A stretch of 64,000 bases of DNA from Archaeoglobales archaeon (GCA_030055595.1 JASFYH010000007.1:662-64661), one strand, 5' to 3'. Shown: positions 10,924-21,383, counted from the stretch's first letter. The notes: a model not told the origin generated them from the sequence alone. Numbers and translations are program-made.

Positions 10924-12483
10924 CCTCTTTACCATAAACTCGAATTTTTTTCTATATCCAAACTTTCTATAATATTCTCGCACACCGATTCCGCTTATCA
11001 CTGCGATCTTATCGAATTTTTCTTTTGCGATCTCTTCTGCAATTTTTAGAAGTTTTTCTCCAAAACCCCTGTGTTGAAAGGCACCGGTTTTTCCTAAGGG
11101 TGTAGCTTTTCCGTAAACATGTAGCTCTCTGATCAGTGCACAATCCTTTATCTCTTTGATAAACGGATCTGAAGGAAATCTAAGCCTGATAAATCCAACT
11201 ATTGCATCATATTCTGATATTTCATAAGCGATGAAAAATTCCTTTCCCTCCGAAGCTTTGTATTCGGTGATCTTGAGCTCAGCCTTTTTGTATTCTCTCT
11301 CGTCCACTCTTTTATGCCCCACCTCTCTGCACCTTATACATCTACATTCTCCTCCCAACTCACTCAGTCTATTTCGAACAAGCTGTCTTATGTTTCCCGC
11401 GGTTAGACCAATAGCTTTGTTTATTGGGATGTCTCTCTGGATCCTCTGAACTCTCACCCATTCTGGAAAATTCTTCTTGGCTCTTGCTATTAGCTCTACT
11501 ACTTCTTCTGTGCGGTATGGTCTGTATTCCCCTCTTTCATACATCTCGAACAGTTTTGTTCCTTTGACAACAACCGTTGGGTAGATCTTGAGGTAATCTG
11601 GTCTGAATTTCGGATTTGAGAAAATTTCCTCAAAGCATCTTAAATCTCGATCAAAATCCGAACCCGGAAGTCCGGGCATGATATGGTAGCAAACCTTGAA
11701 GGCAGAATCTTTAAGCAATCTGGTTGCATTTATTGTGTCCTCTACCGTGTGTCCTCTCTTTATTTTCTCTAAAATGTCGTTGTAGACACTCTGAACACCC
11801 AATTCCACTCTCGTTGCTCCGTAGCCCAACATTTCTATTATATGCACTTCCTTTGCATAATCTGGACGGGTTTCAAATGTTAGTCCAACACATCTTACCT
11901 TTGCCCTTTCATTTCTCTTTTTAGCCTTATCCAAACCGCTTTCTATTTTTGCCTTACCGCTAAAAGAATTGAGAGCGTTGAAAATTCCAAGGATGAACTT
12001 CTCTTTATATTCCTTCTCGCGGGCGATGAAAGTTCCGCCCATCACGATGATCTCCGCCTTATCTACTTCATGACCAATTTCAGCCAGCTCTTTCAACCTT
12101 GCGGTTACCTGTTGAAAAGCATCATAGTTATGTTGTCTTCCACGCTGTGCTGCGGGCTCAAAACCAGTATAACTTTGCGGACTGTTAAATTCAACACCCC
12201 CGGGACAGGGAACGCATTTACCATGGGGACACGGAGCGGGGGAGCTCATAACCGCTATTACTACTATTCCGCTTAGACTTCTGACAGGCTTGAGTGCCAA
12301 GATCTCCCTGAGCTTTTCATACTGCTCAGTCCCCCTTGCGTATTGGAGAATTTCAACATTTGAAGGTATTTTTGCCAACTTAAAATTTTTCGACATCTCT
12401 TTTTTAATTTTCAACGCTTCTTCGAGGCTTTTAGCTCTATTAGCAATTTCAAAGGCTATTTCTCTGATCCTCTCTGTTTCCAT
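10918..12483 (-). CDS. elp3: Elp3-type radical SAM/GNAT tRNA uridine(34) modification enzyme
   Basis: 521 aa. N-terminal radical-SAM region (PCPHGKCVPCPGG) and C-terminal GNAT (QHRGFGEKLL). Length and architecture typical of archaeal Elp3. Confidence 0.9.
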   Translation of the reverse strand: METERIREIAFEIANRAKSLEEALKIKKEMSKNFKLAKIPSNVEILQYARGTEQYEKLREILALKPVRSLSGIVVIAVMSSPAPCPHGKCVPCPGGVEFNSPQSYTGFEPAAQRGRQHNYDAFQQVTARLKELAEIGHEVDKAEIIVMGGTFIAREKEYKEKFILGIFNALNSFSGKAKIESGLDKAKKRNERAKVRCVGLTFETRPDYAKEVHIIEMLGYGATRVELGVQSVYNDILEKIKRGHTVEDTINATRLLKDSAFKVCYHIMPGLPGSDFDRDLRCFEEIFSNPKFRPDYLKIYPTVVVKGTKLFEMYERGEYRPYRTEEVVELIARAKKNFPEWVRVQRIQRDIPINKAIGLTAGNIRQLVRNRLSELGGECRCIRCREVGHKRVDEREYKKAELKITEYKASEGKEFFIAYEISEYDAIVGFIRLRFPSDPFIKEIKDCALIRELHVYGKATPLGKTGAFQHRGFGEKLLKIAEEIAKEKFDKIAVISGIGVREYYRKFGYRKKFEFMVKRL

Positions 12484-12507
12484 CTCCCCTAACTGCTATC
12501 GGAAATG

Positions 12508-12515
12508 TTTATAAA
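12508..12515 (+). promoter_or_regulatory. TATA box (TTTATAAA) for tRNA-Ser
   Basis: Centre lies about 25 nt upstream of the tRNA 5' end at 12536, the canonical archaeal spacing. Confidence 0.45.
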
Positions 12516-12535
12516 TTTATTCTACTACGTTTAAA

Positions 12536-12617
12536 GCCGGGGTTGCAGAGAGGGACTGCGCCAGCCTTGAGAGCTGGTGCCTTAACGGGCGCGTGGGTTC
12601 AAATCCCACCCCCGGCG
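12536..12617 (+). tRNA. tRNA-Ser (anticodon UGA), long variable arm, no encoded CCA
   Basis: Hand-folded. Acceptor GCCGGGG/CCCCGGC. Anticodon stem CCAGC/GCTGG with loop CT-TGA-GA. Variable arm about 15 nt. T arm GTGGG-TTCAAAT-CCCAC. Discriminator G. Confidence 0.85.
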
Positions 12618-12738
12618 TGAGCTATCCACCGAATTCAATGTAAAATATAGACTCGTGAATTGGGTTAAAGACGCTCTTAGGAGAATGCTTTGATGTTGCT
12701 AATGACTTCAATTTTTTAATTTTAAAAAGATAAAAAGT

Positions 12739-13866
12739 TCATATCCTCTCAGCGGATCTCAGCAAGATCTCAGCAATGTCCTTAACCTCAAGATCTGAAG
12801 CCTCGTCTTTCACAGCATCCTCAAACATTGCTTTGCAGATTGGACAAGCAACCGCAAGAATTTCCGCCCCAGTATTCAAAGCTTCTCTAACCCTGAGCCT
12901 TGCGGGACTTTCAGAGCCACCAAGCAGATCGAAAACGAAGTTCCCGCTTCCACCGCCACAACAGAAGGAATTCTCTTTGTTTCTTTTCATCTCCACAAGC
13001 TTTAACCCCGGAATGCTTTTCAGAATTTTCCTTGGCTCTGAGTAGATCCCATTGTGTCTACCAAGGAAGCAGGGATCATGGTAAGTAACCGTGAGATCAA
13101 GCTCTGAAAGTTTTAGCTTTCCTTTTTGAATTAGCTCGAGCAAAAGCTGTGTGAAATGGAGCACCTCGAAATCTCTGTTTGGGTATTTCTTCATTGCATT
13201 GAACGCATGCGGTGAGATCGTTATGACTTTCTTAACTCCGAGCTCTTTGAATTTCTGTGTGTTCTTGGAAGCCAATTCCTGAAACAGCCCCAATTCGCCG
13301 AGCATATAAGCTTCGTTTCCATCACACTCCTCTTCGTTGCCGAGAGTGCCAAATGAGAGTCCAGCGATCTTAAAAAGCTCTATAACGTTTTTAGCCATCT
13401 TTTGCCCCCTCTCCTCATAAGCACATTCGCAACCAATGTAGAGAAGATCCTCCTCGCCCTCGAATTTATTCAGATCCAACCATGAAGCTCTTTGAGCTCT
13501 TGGCAAACCCCATGGATTTCCATGCTTGGCTATATTCTCAAGAAAATCTCTAACCTTAGGCGGTGCTAAGCCCTTCTCGATTGCCAAGCTCTTTGCAGAA
13601 GTGATCCAGTCAACGATCTCGTCCTTAAACCTCATTTTGCACTGCTCAGCACAATTTTTGCATGCAACGCATGAGAAAAGGATCTTTGCAAAATTCTCTG
13701 ACCATGTCAATTCGCGGTTTAACCAAGCCCTTATCAGCCACAATCTACCTCCCGGAGAGAAGCTCTCGAACCTGAATTTAGCATACGAAGGACAGTTGTA
13801 GTCGACAAAGTCGCTCGGTAGCTTGCACCAGCCACATCTGAAGCATCTGTGCAATTCCATGCTCAT
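12739..13866 (-). CDS. Fe-S oxidoreductase with two CCG cysteine-rich domains (HdrD/GlcF/GlpC-like)
   Basis: 375 aa. Cys clusters CFRCGWC...C and CVACKNCAEQC. CCG motifs CCGGGSG and ACPICK. Its start overlaps the stop of the upstream FAD oxidase gene (13863-13866). Confidence 0.8.
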   Translation of the reverse strand: MSMELHRCFRCGWCKLPSDFVDYNCPSYAKFRFESFSPGGRLWLIRAWLNRELTWSENFAKILFSCVACKNCAEQCKMRFKDEIVDWITSAKSLAIEKGLAPPKVRDFLENIAKHGNPWGLPRAQRASWLDLNKFEGEEDLLYIGCECAYEERGQKMAKNVIELFKIAGLSFGTLGNEEECDGNEAYMLGELGLFQELASKNTQKFKELGVKKVITISPHAFNAMKKYPNRDFEVLHFTQLLLELIQKGKLKLSELDLTVTYHDPCFLGRHNGIYSEPRKILKSIPGLKLVEMKRNKENSFCCGGGSGNFVFDLLGGSESPARLRVREALNTGAEILAVACPICKAMFEDAVKDEASDLEVKDIAEILLRSAERI

Positions 13867-15245
13867 AATTCCACCTCCCAGTTGCCGGGATTCATGATCT
13901 TGTTTGGATCAAGAAGTTCTCTGATCCTTTTTATAAGCTCAACTGAATTTTTGTCCATTCTCTCGAGGATCAACTTCTGCTCTTCCGCTCCGGGCTTCCA
14001 TGGAACACCTCCAATTTCAAGCGTTGCAACGTATGAGTCGAAAAGAGCTCTCTTAGCTTTCTCCATTCTCTCCAAATCCGCTCTGTTGAATGGATAGGCG
14101 AAGGCGAACATCATGCAGTGCCCCCTACCGATCACTCTTCCCGTGTGAGCAAATGTTACCCCATTTCTCTCAGCGATCTCAAAAAGTTTCTTTAACGCCT
14201 CCGGGAATTTTTCTATGGGTATTATTGCCCCACAGTAAACGAATCCACCACCCTTTAGTATGTCCGCACTCCTCGTTAAGCTCGACATGGGCTTTTCAAG
14301 GAATCCGACTTTCATATCTGGGGTTAATGCCATAAATCCACCCTCTTTTGCTTTTATGAGCTCACTCAAACTGCTCCAAATTAGCCTCCGCTTGAATTCA
14401 AGTTCCTCTTCGGTGTCGCCAGTCAGATAAATGCCGATCATGATCGTTCCCTGAAACATGAGCGGATAGGGCTGGGCTACAGTTGTGATGTCTTCAGCCA
14501 TCTCCGTATGGGTAACGCGGTAAATTACCTCAGAGACAAGCTTTGGATCCTCCAATACGAATAGCTCAACATCTCTTAGCTTCTTTTTTGGGTATAGTCT
14601 CAAACCGACCTTCGTTATAACACCTGTTGTTCCAAACCACCCAAGGAAGAGCCCCGCCAAATAAGGCAAAGGCTCAATAGAGAACCAGTAAGGGCTCAGA
14701 GAGCATGAGCCAATTCTGCAGATCTCACCATTTGGTAGAACAACTTCAAGTCCTGAGATCATTGAAGAGTTGAAGCCGTAAGCCTGCGTCAAATTCCCCT
14801 GCCCATGAATTACAAGATTTCCAACTACTGTCGCTGAAGGAGGTGCTTCTGGGAGAGAATGGCAGAGATCTGGAGCATTTTCTTCAAGAAAAGCCTGAAG
14901 CTTCCCTTGCGTGACCCCTGCTTCGAGCACAACATACCTGCCTTTTCGGTTTAGCTCCAAAATTCTGTCCATTCTCCTCATGTCGATCACAATGCCACCC
15001 TTTTGCGGAATCGTGAGCCCTGAAAGGCTTAGCGAGGCTCCCGCTGGAACAACATGGATTTTCTCCTTGTTTGCAAGCTGTATGATCTTCTGAACCTCCT
15101 CAACAGTCCTCGGCATTACGACGTAATCTGGAAAACGTGGCTCCGAAAGTCCAGAGTCTCGAGAATAGATATAAAGTTCTTCCTTTCGGTTTGAAACGAA
15201 TTCCTCACCAACGATCTCAGCCAGAGCTTTATAGATCTTATCCAT
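13863..15245 (-). CDS. FAD-linked oxidase (GlcD / D-lactate dehydrogenase family)
   Basis: 460 aa. FAD-binding PCMH-type N-domain (VVPAGASLSLSGL) and C-terminal FAD-oxidase domain ending in DPNKIMNPGN. Confidence 0.85.
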   Translation of the reverse strand: MDKIYKALAEIVGEEFVSNRKEELYIYSRDSGLSEPRFPDYVVMPRTVEEVQKIIQLANKEKIHVVPAGASLSLSGLTIPQKGGIVIDMRRMDRILELNRKGRYVVLEAGVTQGKLQAFLEENAPDLCHSLPEAPPSATVVGNLVIHGQGNLTQAYGFNSSMISGLEVVLPNGEICRIGSCSLSPYWFSIEPLPYLAGLFLGWFGTTGVITKVGLRLYPKKKLRDVELFVLEDPKLVSEVIYRVTHTEMAEDITTVAQPYPLMFQGTIMIGIYLTGDTEEELEFKRRLIWSSLSELIKAKEGGFMALTPDMKVGFLEKPMSSLTRSADILKGGGFVYCGAIIPIEKFPEALKKLFEIAERNGVTFAHTGRVIGRGHCMMFAFAYPFNRADLERMEKAKRALFDSYVATLEIGGVPWKPGAEEQKLILERMDKNSVELIKRIRELLDPNKIMNPGNWEVEL

Positions 15246-15249
15246 ACCC

Positions 15250-16281
15250 TCACCTCGGTTCTTCGCGGAGAGCTAATTTACAAAGCTGGTGAAGCATGAT
15301 TGGCTTTATTCCCTCTTTTCTCACCCTTTCTGCCAAAGAAGAGTAACATGCGGGGCAATTAAAGACACAATACTCTGCCTTGGCTTTCTTCATGTCTTCA
15401 ACATTCTTTTTTTGCACTTCGACAAATAGTTCGAGTTTCTGCAATGCCCGTATTATCCCACCACAGCAAAGTGCATTTTCTCTGTCGTATTTTCTCTCAA
15501 CCCTCTCAACTCCCAAAAGCTCAAAGATCTTGTCCAAGTAATGCTCCTTTTCTGGCGTTAATCTTGTAGAGCAGTTCCTCTGATATGCAATTCTAACGTT
15601 CAAAGGCTTTATTTCGTCTTTTAGCTCCTTAAGTCTGTTGTATAGATACTCGAATAAATGGACTGGACGGAATGGAACCTTAATGTCATAAGCATCCGCA
15701 TAAGAAGTGAAAGTTGAGTAGCATTCGTCGTGGAAGAATACAACTTCCTTGAAGCCGTGGCTTGCAATGTTTTCTATGATCTTTGGCAGTCTTTCCCTGA
15801 TCAGAGAAGGTTTTCCAAAGTGCAAATAGACAAGGTTGCAGAAGAAGTGCCTTCCAAGCACAATAGAAACGCCTTGGAAAAGCTTTCCACTAATTGAGTC
15901 AACAAAATCTGGAAAAAGGCATAAAGAAATTACTGGTTCTTCAGCACCATAAAAATGCGGAATGTCCTTCTTATCAGGAATTCCAAGATTGACCCATTGC
16001 TTAACAATTGGCTTTGGTGCGGGAAGAATTCCTTTCTTTTCCTGTAGATCGGTGATCAGGTAAAATGGATGATTTCCACGCTTGCAGTATTCCTCACAAG
16101 CGTAGCAGGTTACGCATTCGTGCAGAACGAATGAATCTTCACCGTTGAGCAATTTTCTAATTTCTCTTTCTGCAGTCTTTGTGTCAATGTTCAGATATTG
16201 GCATCTTGTAAGGCAGTCGTATGTTGGACAGGTTTCGCAAAGCTCTTTTTGGAATTTCAAAACAAAATTTTGGCTCTGCAT
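15250..16281 (-). CDS. Second Fe-S/CCG-domain protein (HdrD/LutA-like)
   Basis: 343 aa. CVTCYACEEYC cluster motif. CCG motifs LCCGG and NCPACY. Confidence 0.75.
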   Translation of the reverse strand: MQSQNFVLKFQKELCETCPTYDCLTRCQYLNIDTKTAEREIRKLLNGEDSFVLHECVTCYACEEYCKRGNHPFYLITDLQEKKGILPAPKPIVKQWVNLGIPDKKDIPHFYGAEEPVISLCLFPDFVDSISGKLFQGVSIVLGRHFFCNLVYLHFGKPSLIRERLPKIIENIASHGFKEVVFFHDECYSTFTSYADAYDIKVPFRPVHLFEYLYNRLKELKDEIKPLNVRIAYQRNCSTRLTPEKEHYLDKIFELLGVERVERKYDRENALCCGGIIRALQKLELFVEVQKKNVEDMKKAKAEYCVFNCPACYSSLAERVRKEGIKPIMLHQLCKLALREEPR

Positions 16282-16407
16282 AGGAATTGTAGAAATTAGC
16301 TATTATATAAGCTTATCCTACTAATTTAGAATGTGCAGACACCTAAATTAAACCCAAAGCGGGATCTTTCTTTCTCGAAATGCTATCCAAATACTGACAT
16401 AAAGAAT

Positions 16408-16704
16408 TTATGATTTCTTGGTTATAGTTTTGTTGATCTCTTCTAACAATTCTTCTTCGCTCTTGCCCTCGGGATTTATCCCAAGTTCTCTTGCGATCTT
16501 CTCAAGCTTTCTTCTCTTCTCCTCCTTTGAGAGCTTTACATCTTTTTCAAGCTCTCTTAGTTCTAATTCTGCCTCTCTCTGAGCCTTTTTGAACTCTGCA
16601 ACCCCTTTACCAAGGCTTCTTGCAAGTTCTGGAATTTTACTTGCTCCAAACAGTAATAGGACCACTAAAATTATTAGAATCATCTCCTGAGCTCCTATAA
16701 ACAT
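16408..16704 (-). CDS. tatA: Sec-independent (Tat) translocase subunit TatA/E
   Basis: MFIGAQEMILIILVVLLLFGASKIPELARSLGKGVAEFKK is a canonical TatA TM plus amphipathic helix. ORF track begins at 16725. The start at 16704 fits a TATA-like TTAAATA (plus coordinates 16733-16739) about 26 nt upstream of a near-leaderless transcript. Confidence 0.8.
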   Translation of the reverse strand: MFIGAQEMILIILVVLLLFGASKIPELARSLGKGVAEFKKAQREAELELRELEKDVKLSKEEKRRKLEKIARELGINPEGKSEEELLEEINKTITKKS

Positions 16705-16811
16705 TCTAGCGATCTCCATTGTCAAGTTTTTGTATTTAAGGTAAAAAAATTTTTCTCTTAATCTTATGAGATCCTCACAAGCTTATATATCTCGATGCCA
16801 GAATTAGCCTC

Positions 16812-17993
16812 ATGAAAGTCGTTCTCGCCTACTCTGGTGGGCTCGACACAACGGTGTGCATTTTCCTGCTAAGAGAAAAGTATGGCTTTGACGAAGTTAT
16901 AACCGCTACTGTTGACATTGGATTGCCTGAATCAGAACTAAGGAGGGCGGAAGAGAGAGGAAAAAGATATGCAGATCAGCACTATACTGTTGATGCACGA
17001 AAGGAGTTCATTGAGGCAATCTATCGCCTCGTAAAGGCAAATGGAGACTATGAAGGTTATGTGCTCGGAACCGCAATTGCAAGACCAATCATTGCCAAAA
17101 AAGTTGCTGAAGTTGCTATAAAGGAGAAAGCTGATGCGGTAGCTCATGGTTGCACAGGAAAAGGCAATGACCAGCTCAGATTTGAGAACGTGTTCAGACA
17201 GTATAATTTCAGGGTTGTTGCACCCGTTAGGGAGCTTAATCTGACGAGAGAATGGGAAATCGACTATGCAAAACAGCATGGAATCGAAGTGCCAGCGACA
17301 AAGGAGAAACCATTCAGCGTCGACGAAAATCTATGGAGCAGAAGCATTGAGGGGGGAAAGCTTGAAGATCCAACCTTTGTTCCGCCTGAAGAGATCTATG
17401 AGTGGACTAAGTCTCCAGAAAAGACACCTGAAAAGCCAGAGGTAGTTAAAATAGATTTCGAGAAAGGGATTCCCGTAGCGGTGAACGATCAAAGACTTGA
17501 GAGCTTTGAGCTTGTGAGACTTTTAAACGAGCTTGGTGGAAAGCATGGAGTTGGAAGGACTGATATGATCGAAGACAGAGTTCTCGGACTCAAGGCAAGG
17601 GAGAATTATGAACACCCCGCAGCCACTATTCTAATCACCGCTCATAAGGATCTTGAAAAGCTCGTTTTGAGCAGAAGAGAGCTAAAGTTTAAGAAGATCG
17701 TTGAAGAGGAATGGGCGGAGCTTGTCTACTATGGACTTACAAACGAGCCTTTGTTTGAAGCTCTAAATGCGTTCGTCGATAAAACACAGGAAAGAGTAAC
17801 TGGATGGGTGAAACTGAGGCTTTATAAAGGATCCGTGATGCCTATTGCAAGGTATTCTGAATTTGCTCTTTATTCAGAGGAGCTGGTATCGTTTGACACA
17901 AAGGCAATTGATCAGAGGCTTGCAGAAGGCTTTGCAGTCTTCCATGGCTTGCAGGGCAGGATGTTTCAGAGGCTTAAAAGGGAAAAGTTATGA
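16812..17993 (+). CDS. argG: Argininosuccinate synthase
   Basis: 393 aa. AYSGGLDT P-loop-like motif, [14 protein letters not shown]. Confidence 0.95.
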   Translation: MKVVLAYSGGLDTTVCIFLLREKYGFDEVITATVDIGLPESELRRAEERGKRYADQHYTVDARKEFIEAIYRLVKANGDYEGYVLGTAIARPIIAKKVAEVAIKEKADAVAHGCTGKGNDQLRFENVFRQYNFRVVAPVRELNLTREWEIDYAKQHGIEVPATKEKPFSVDENLWSRSIEGGKLEDPTFVPPEEIYEWTKSPEKTPEKPEVVKIDFEKGIPVAVNDQRLESFELVRLLNELGGKHGVGRTDMIEDRVLGLKARENYEHPAATILITAHKDLEKLVLSRRELKFKKIVEEEWAELVYYGLTNEPLFEALNAFVDKTQERVTGWVKLRLYKGSVMPIARYSEFALYSEELVSFDTKAIDQRLAEGFAVFHGLQGRMFQRLKREKL

Positions 17994-18688
17994 AATTCGC
18001 AATAGTAAGCGTGGGCAATGAACTGCTGAAAGGATATACAGTTAATACGAACGCTTCTTATATTGCAAAGAAGCTAACTGAACTCGGCCACGAGGTTAAG
18101 AGGGTTATAGTTATCCCTGATGACGTTGAGGAGATCGCTCACGAAGTGAAAGAAGCTTCGCAGTTTTATGACTTTGTTTTGGTTACTGGTGGACTTGGAG
18201 CAACGCACGACGACGTTACTAACGAGGGAATAGCTAAGGCTCTAAAAAGGAATCTTTCGGTGAACAAGGAAGTTTACGATTATCTTAAGAGTATGAGCGA
18301 CAACGAATTTGCTTTGCGGAAGATCTCTTCGGTTCCAGAAGGTGCTGAGATCATTTGGAACGATGTTGGTGCTGCTCCCGCTTACATCGTAGAAAACATC
18401 GCTGTAATGCCGGGAGTTCCAGAGGAGATGAAGAATACATTCGAGAAGATCTTGAAGAAATTCGAGAAGCTTGAATACTTCGAAGATCAGGTAAGAGTTG
18501 ATGGGTATGAGGTTAGAATTCTTGATGAGTTGAACAGAGTTGTTAGCGAGTTTCCCGATGTTCAAATCGGCTCATACCCAAAGTTTGGCTATGTAATCGT
18601 TAAATTTTCTGGAAAAAACCGGGATCGGGTTAGAATGGCTGTCGAAAGATTTAGGGAGCTTTTAAAGAGGCAAAGCGAGCAAACATGA
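17990..18688 (+). CDS. MoCF-biosynthesis/CinA N-terminal-domain protein (molybdopterin-binding fold)
   Basis: 232 aa. [22 protein letters not shown] and [13 protein letters not shown] are typical of the MoaB/MogA/CinA fold. ATGA overlaps on both sides (argG, pyrC). Confidence 0.7.
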   Translation: MKFAIVSVGNELLKGYTVNTNASYIAKKLTELGHEVKRVIVIPDDVEEIAHEVKEASQFYDFVLVTGGLGATHDDVTNEGIAKALKRNLSVNKEVYDYLKSMSDNEFALRKISSVPEGAEIIWNDVGAAPAYIVENIAVMPGVPEEMKNTFEKILKKFEKLEYFEDQVRVDGYEVRILDELNRVVSEFPDVQIGSYPKFGYVIVKFSGKNRDRVRMAVERFRELLKRQSEQT

Positions 18689-19872
18689 TCTACGGGAAAA
18701 TCTTTTACAAAGGGGAATTCACTGAAGCGGGAATAGAGGTCGAAAATGGGAGAATTAAAAAGATCGGGAAGCTTGTAAAGGGTAAAAAAGTTGATGGGAT
18801 AATTTTACCCGCTGGAATCGATGTGCATGTTCATTTCAGAGACTTTGAAGAGAAAAGAAAGGAAACGATAGAGAGTGGAAGCCTTTCTGCACTGCATGGT
18901 GGAATTTGTCTTGTTGTGGATCAGCCAAACACAAAGCCAGTTGTAGATCGTGCAGAAGTCTACTTTCGGAGAATGGAGTTGGCTGAGAAAAGCACCTATG
19001 TGGACTATACACTAAACCTAGCTCTTACAAATAAAAACGTGGACAAAATAAATGAGATCGTTGAAAAAATAAGAGAAAAATATTTTTTGCCTGCTATTGG
19101 GGAGGTATTTCTTCAGAACTACAATAAAGAATTCGAAATAAGCTACGAAACTCTTACAATGGTTTCAAAAATCAATAAAAAGATCACAATTCACGCAGAA
19201 GATCCAAGATTTGTAGAAAGCGGGAATCCAAATTTTCTTTTCAGAAAAAAGGAGGCTGAGATAACAGCAGTAGAGGAGTGCGAAAAAATAGGCGAATTTC
19301 ACTTCTGCCATCTCTCAACGCGGGAAGCGGTAGAGAGAGTAAAAAGGGGGAGCTTCGAAGTCGCTCCACACCATTTGCTTTTGAGCACAGGAGACTACAA
19401 CAGGCTTCGCGAACTTGTTAACGTAAATCCGCCTTTAAGGCAAAAAGACGATGCAGATTGGCTTTTGAGAAATTTCTCAAAGATCCAGATCCTTGCTTCT
19501 GATCATGCTCCCCACACAATTGAGGACAAAAAAACGGGCTCAGCAGGATTTCCGGGAGTTGAGACGACCTATCCCATTTTTGTCTATCTTGCAAAAAGGA
19601 GTTTGATCAGTTTCAATGATCTGGTGGAAAAGATCGCAGTAAACCCGGCAAAGACTTTCGGTTTTAATGATTACGGTGAAATAGAGGTTGGTAAATTTGC
19701 AAACTTTGCTATTTTCGATCTGAGAGATGTAAAAAAGATAAACTCAGATAAACTGCACTCGCTTTGTAATTGGACACCCTATGAGGGCTTCAAAGCGGTC
19801 TTTCCGAACCAGCTCTATCTAAGAGGAGAAGAAGTTCTTGAAAGTCCGCTTAGATCTGGGATTGCATTCTGA
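18685..19872 (+). CDS. pyrC: Dihydroorotase-type amidohydrolase
   Basis: 395 aa. GIDVHVHFRDF and ASDHAPH metal-ligand motifs. Confidence 0.75.
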   Translation: MIYGKIFYKGEFTEAGIEVENGRIKKIGKLVKGKKVDGIILPAGIDVHVHFRDFEEKRKETIESGSLSALHGGICLVVDQPNTKPVVDRAEVYFRRMELAEKSTYVDYTLNLALTNKNVDKINEIVEKIREKYFLPAIGEVFLQNYNKEFEISYETLTMVSKINKKITIHAEDPRFVESGNPNFLFRKKEAEITAVEECEKIGEFHFCHLSTREAVERVKRGSFEVAPHHLLLSTGDYNRLRELVNVNPPLRQKDDADWLLRNFSKIQILASDHAPHTIEDKKTGSAGFPGVETTYPIFVYLAKRSLISFNDLVEKIAVNPAKTFGFNDYGEIEVGKFANFAIFDLRDVKKINSDKLHSLCNWTPYEGFKAVFPNQLYLRGEEVLESPLRSGIAF

Positions 19873-19926
19873 ATTTCAGATCTGTAAGAGAAAGCTTATT
19901 ATACCATAATAACAACAATAGTTATC

Positions 19927-20286
19927 ATGATTCGAATTCTGGTTGTGGATGATGATGAAAGCATTCGAGAGATCGTCAAGATCATGCTTAAAGACCATGA
20001 AGTGATCGAAGCAACAAATGGATTAGAGGGCGTCAAGATCTATGAAAGTATAAAGCCTGAAGTGGTGTTAATGGACATAAACATGCCCGGAATGGATGGT
20101 GTGGAGGCTACAAAACAGATCTTGGAGATCGATCCGAATGCGATCGTGATTGGACTAACCGCATTTGCAAGGAGTAGAGGAAAAGAATTGCTTGAAGTTG
20201 GGGCAAAAGGTATAATAGAGAAACCTTTCACGAGAAAAAGTCTTAGAGAGCTTATAGAACCGTTTATTGCAAAAACCGTGATATAA
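19927..20286 (+). CDS. Stand-alone CheY-like response-regulator receiver domain
   Basis: 119 aa. VVDDD acidic pocket, phospho-acceptor D in VLMDINMPGMDG, conserved T (GLTA) and K (EKPF). Confidence 0.85.
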   Translation: MIRILVVDDDESIREIVKIMLKDHEVIEATNGLEGVKIYESIKPEVVLMDINMPGMDGVEATKQILEIDPNAIVIGLTAFARSRGKELLEVGAKGIIEKPFTRKSLRELIEPFIAKTVI

Positions 20287-20367
20287 ATACCAATTTAGAT
20301 TTTCCAAAGCCAGAAAAACTTGGTAAGATTTAAATCATTTTAAGTTATAGAGAAGCGGGGTGATAAA

Positions 20368-20877
20368 ATGACTTTAATTGGCGAGAAAGTTGTTAGGGCT
20401 TTGAACCAGCAGTTGAACAGAGAGCTATATTCTGCCTATCTATATCTCTCAATGTCAGCATATTTTGAATCTCTGGGTTTGAGGGGTTTTGCAAACTGGA
20501 TGAGAGTGCAATGGCAAGAGGAGCTCATGCATGCGATGAAGTTTCTCGATTATATTGCGGACAGAGGAGGGAGAGTTGAGCTTTTTGCAATTGAAGAACC
20601 GCCTAAGAGCTGGAGCTCCCCATTGAACGCCTTTGAGTTCGGACTTGATCACGAGAAAAAGGTTAGTAAGTTCATAAGTGATCTTGTCGAGCTTTCAATC
20701 GCTGAAAAAGATCATGCAACCTTTAATATGCTCCAGTGGTTTGTCAAAGAACAAGTTGAGGAAGAGAGAAGTTTTGGTGAGATTACTGGAAAACTCAGGT
20801 TGGCTCAGGACGACAGCAAAATTCTTCTCCTGATCGATGGAGAGTTAGCTAAGAGAAAATTTGGAGGTGGAGAATGA
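20368..20877 (+). CDS. ftn: Ferritin (non-haem, Ftn type)
   Basis: 169 aa. Ferroxidase-centre pattern E..Y...(E..H)...E...QWFV.EQ.EE. Confidence 0.85.
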   Translation: MTLIGEKVVRALNQQLNRELYSAYLYLSMSAYFESLGLRGFANWMRVQWQEELMHAMKFLDYIADRGGRVELFAIEEPPKSWSSPLNAFEFGLDHEKKVSKFISDLVELSIAEKDHATFNMLQWFVKEQVEEERSFGEITGKLRLAQDDSKILLLIDGELAKRKFGGGE

Positions 20878-21383
20878 ATCTCTCAGCACTATACAAGATC
20901 AGTTATGGGCTTTATATCGTTAGCTCTGTCAAAGAAAAAAGCTTTGCGGGACAGATAGCTAATACGGTGTTTCAGGTAACCTCAGAACCACCAAAAATTG
21001 CGGTTTGTTTGAATAAAAAGAACGCCACCCACGAATTCGTGAAAAGCAGTGGAGTCTTTGGAGTTAGCGTTCTCGAAAAAGAAACACCATTGCAGTTTAT
21101 CGGAAAATTTGGATTCAAAAGTAGCAGAGATGTAAACAAATTTGAGGATGTGAAGTTTAAGATCGGAAAGACGGGGGTTCCGCTTGTTCTTGACCATTCC
21201 GTAGCTATTTTCGAGGCGGAAGTCAAGAGTGACTGCGACGTGGGCACGCACACGCTTTTCATAGGAGAGCTTGTTGATGCTGAGGTGCTGAGCCACGAAG
21301 AAGTCATGACTTACGCTCACTACCACTTCATAAAGGGTGGAAAAGCTCCAAAAACCGCAACAGTGTATATAAAAACAGAATAA
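20874..21383 (+). CDS. Flavin reductase-like (FMN-binding split barrel; NAD(P)H:flavin / ferric reductase type)
   Basis: 169 aa. YGLYIVSS...AGQIANTVFQVTSEPP is the flavin_reduct fold signature. ATGA overlap with the ferritin stop. Confidence 0.75.
   Translation: MNLSALYKISYGLYIVSSVKEKSFAGQIANTVFQVTSEPPKIAVCLNKKNATHEFVKSSGVFGVSVLEKETPLQFIGKFGFKSSRDVNKFEDVKFKIGKTGVPLVLDHSVAIFEAEVKSDCDVGTHTLFIGELVDAEVLSHEEVMTYAHYHFIKGGKAPKTATVYIKTE

Noticed and set aside
12536-12738. tRNA-Ser as an integration site for a mobile element
   Set aside because: I found no direct repeat of the tRNA 3' half downstream in the window. There is no integrase, and the neighbouring genes are ordinary metabolic genes.
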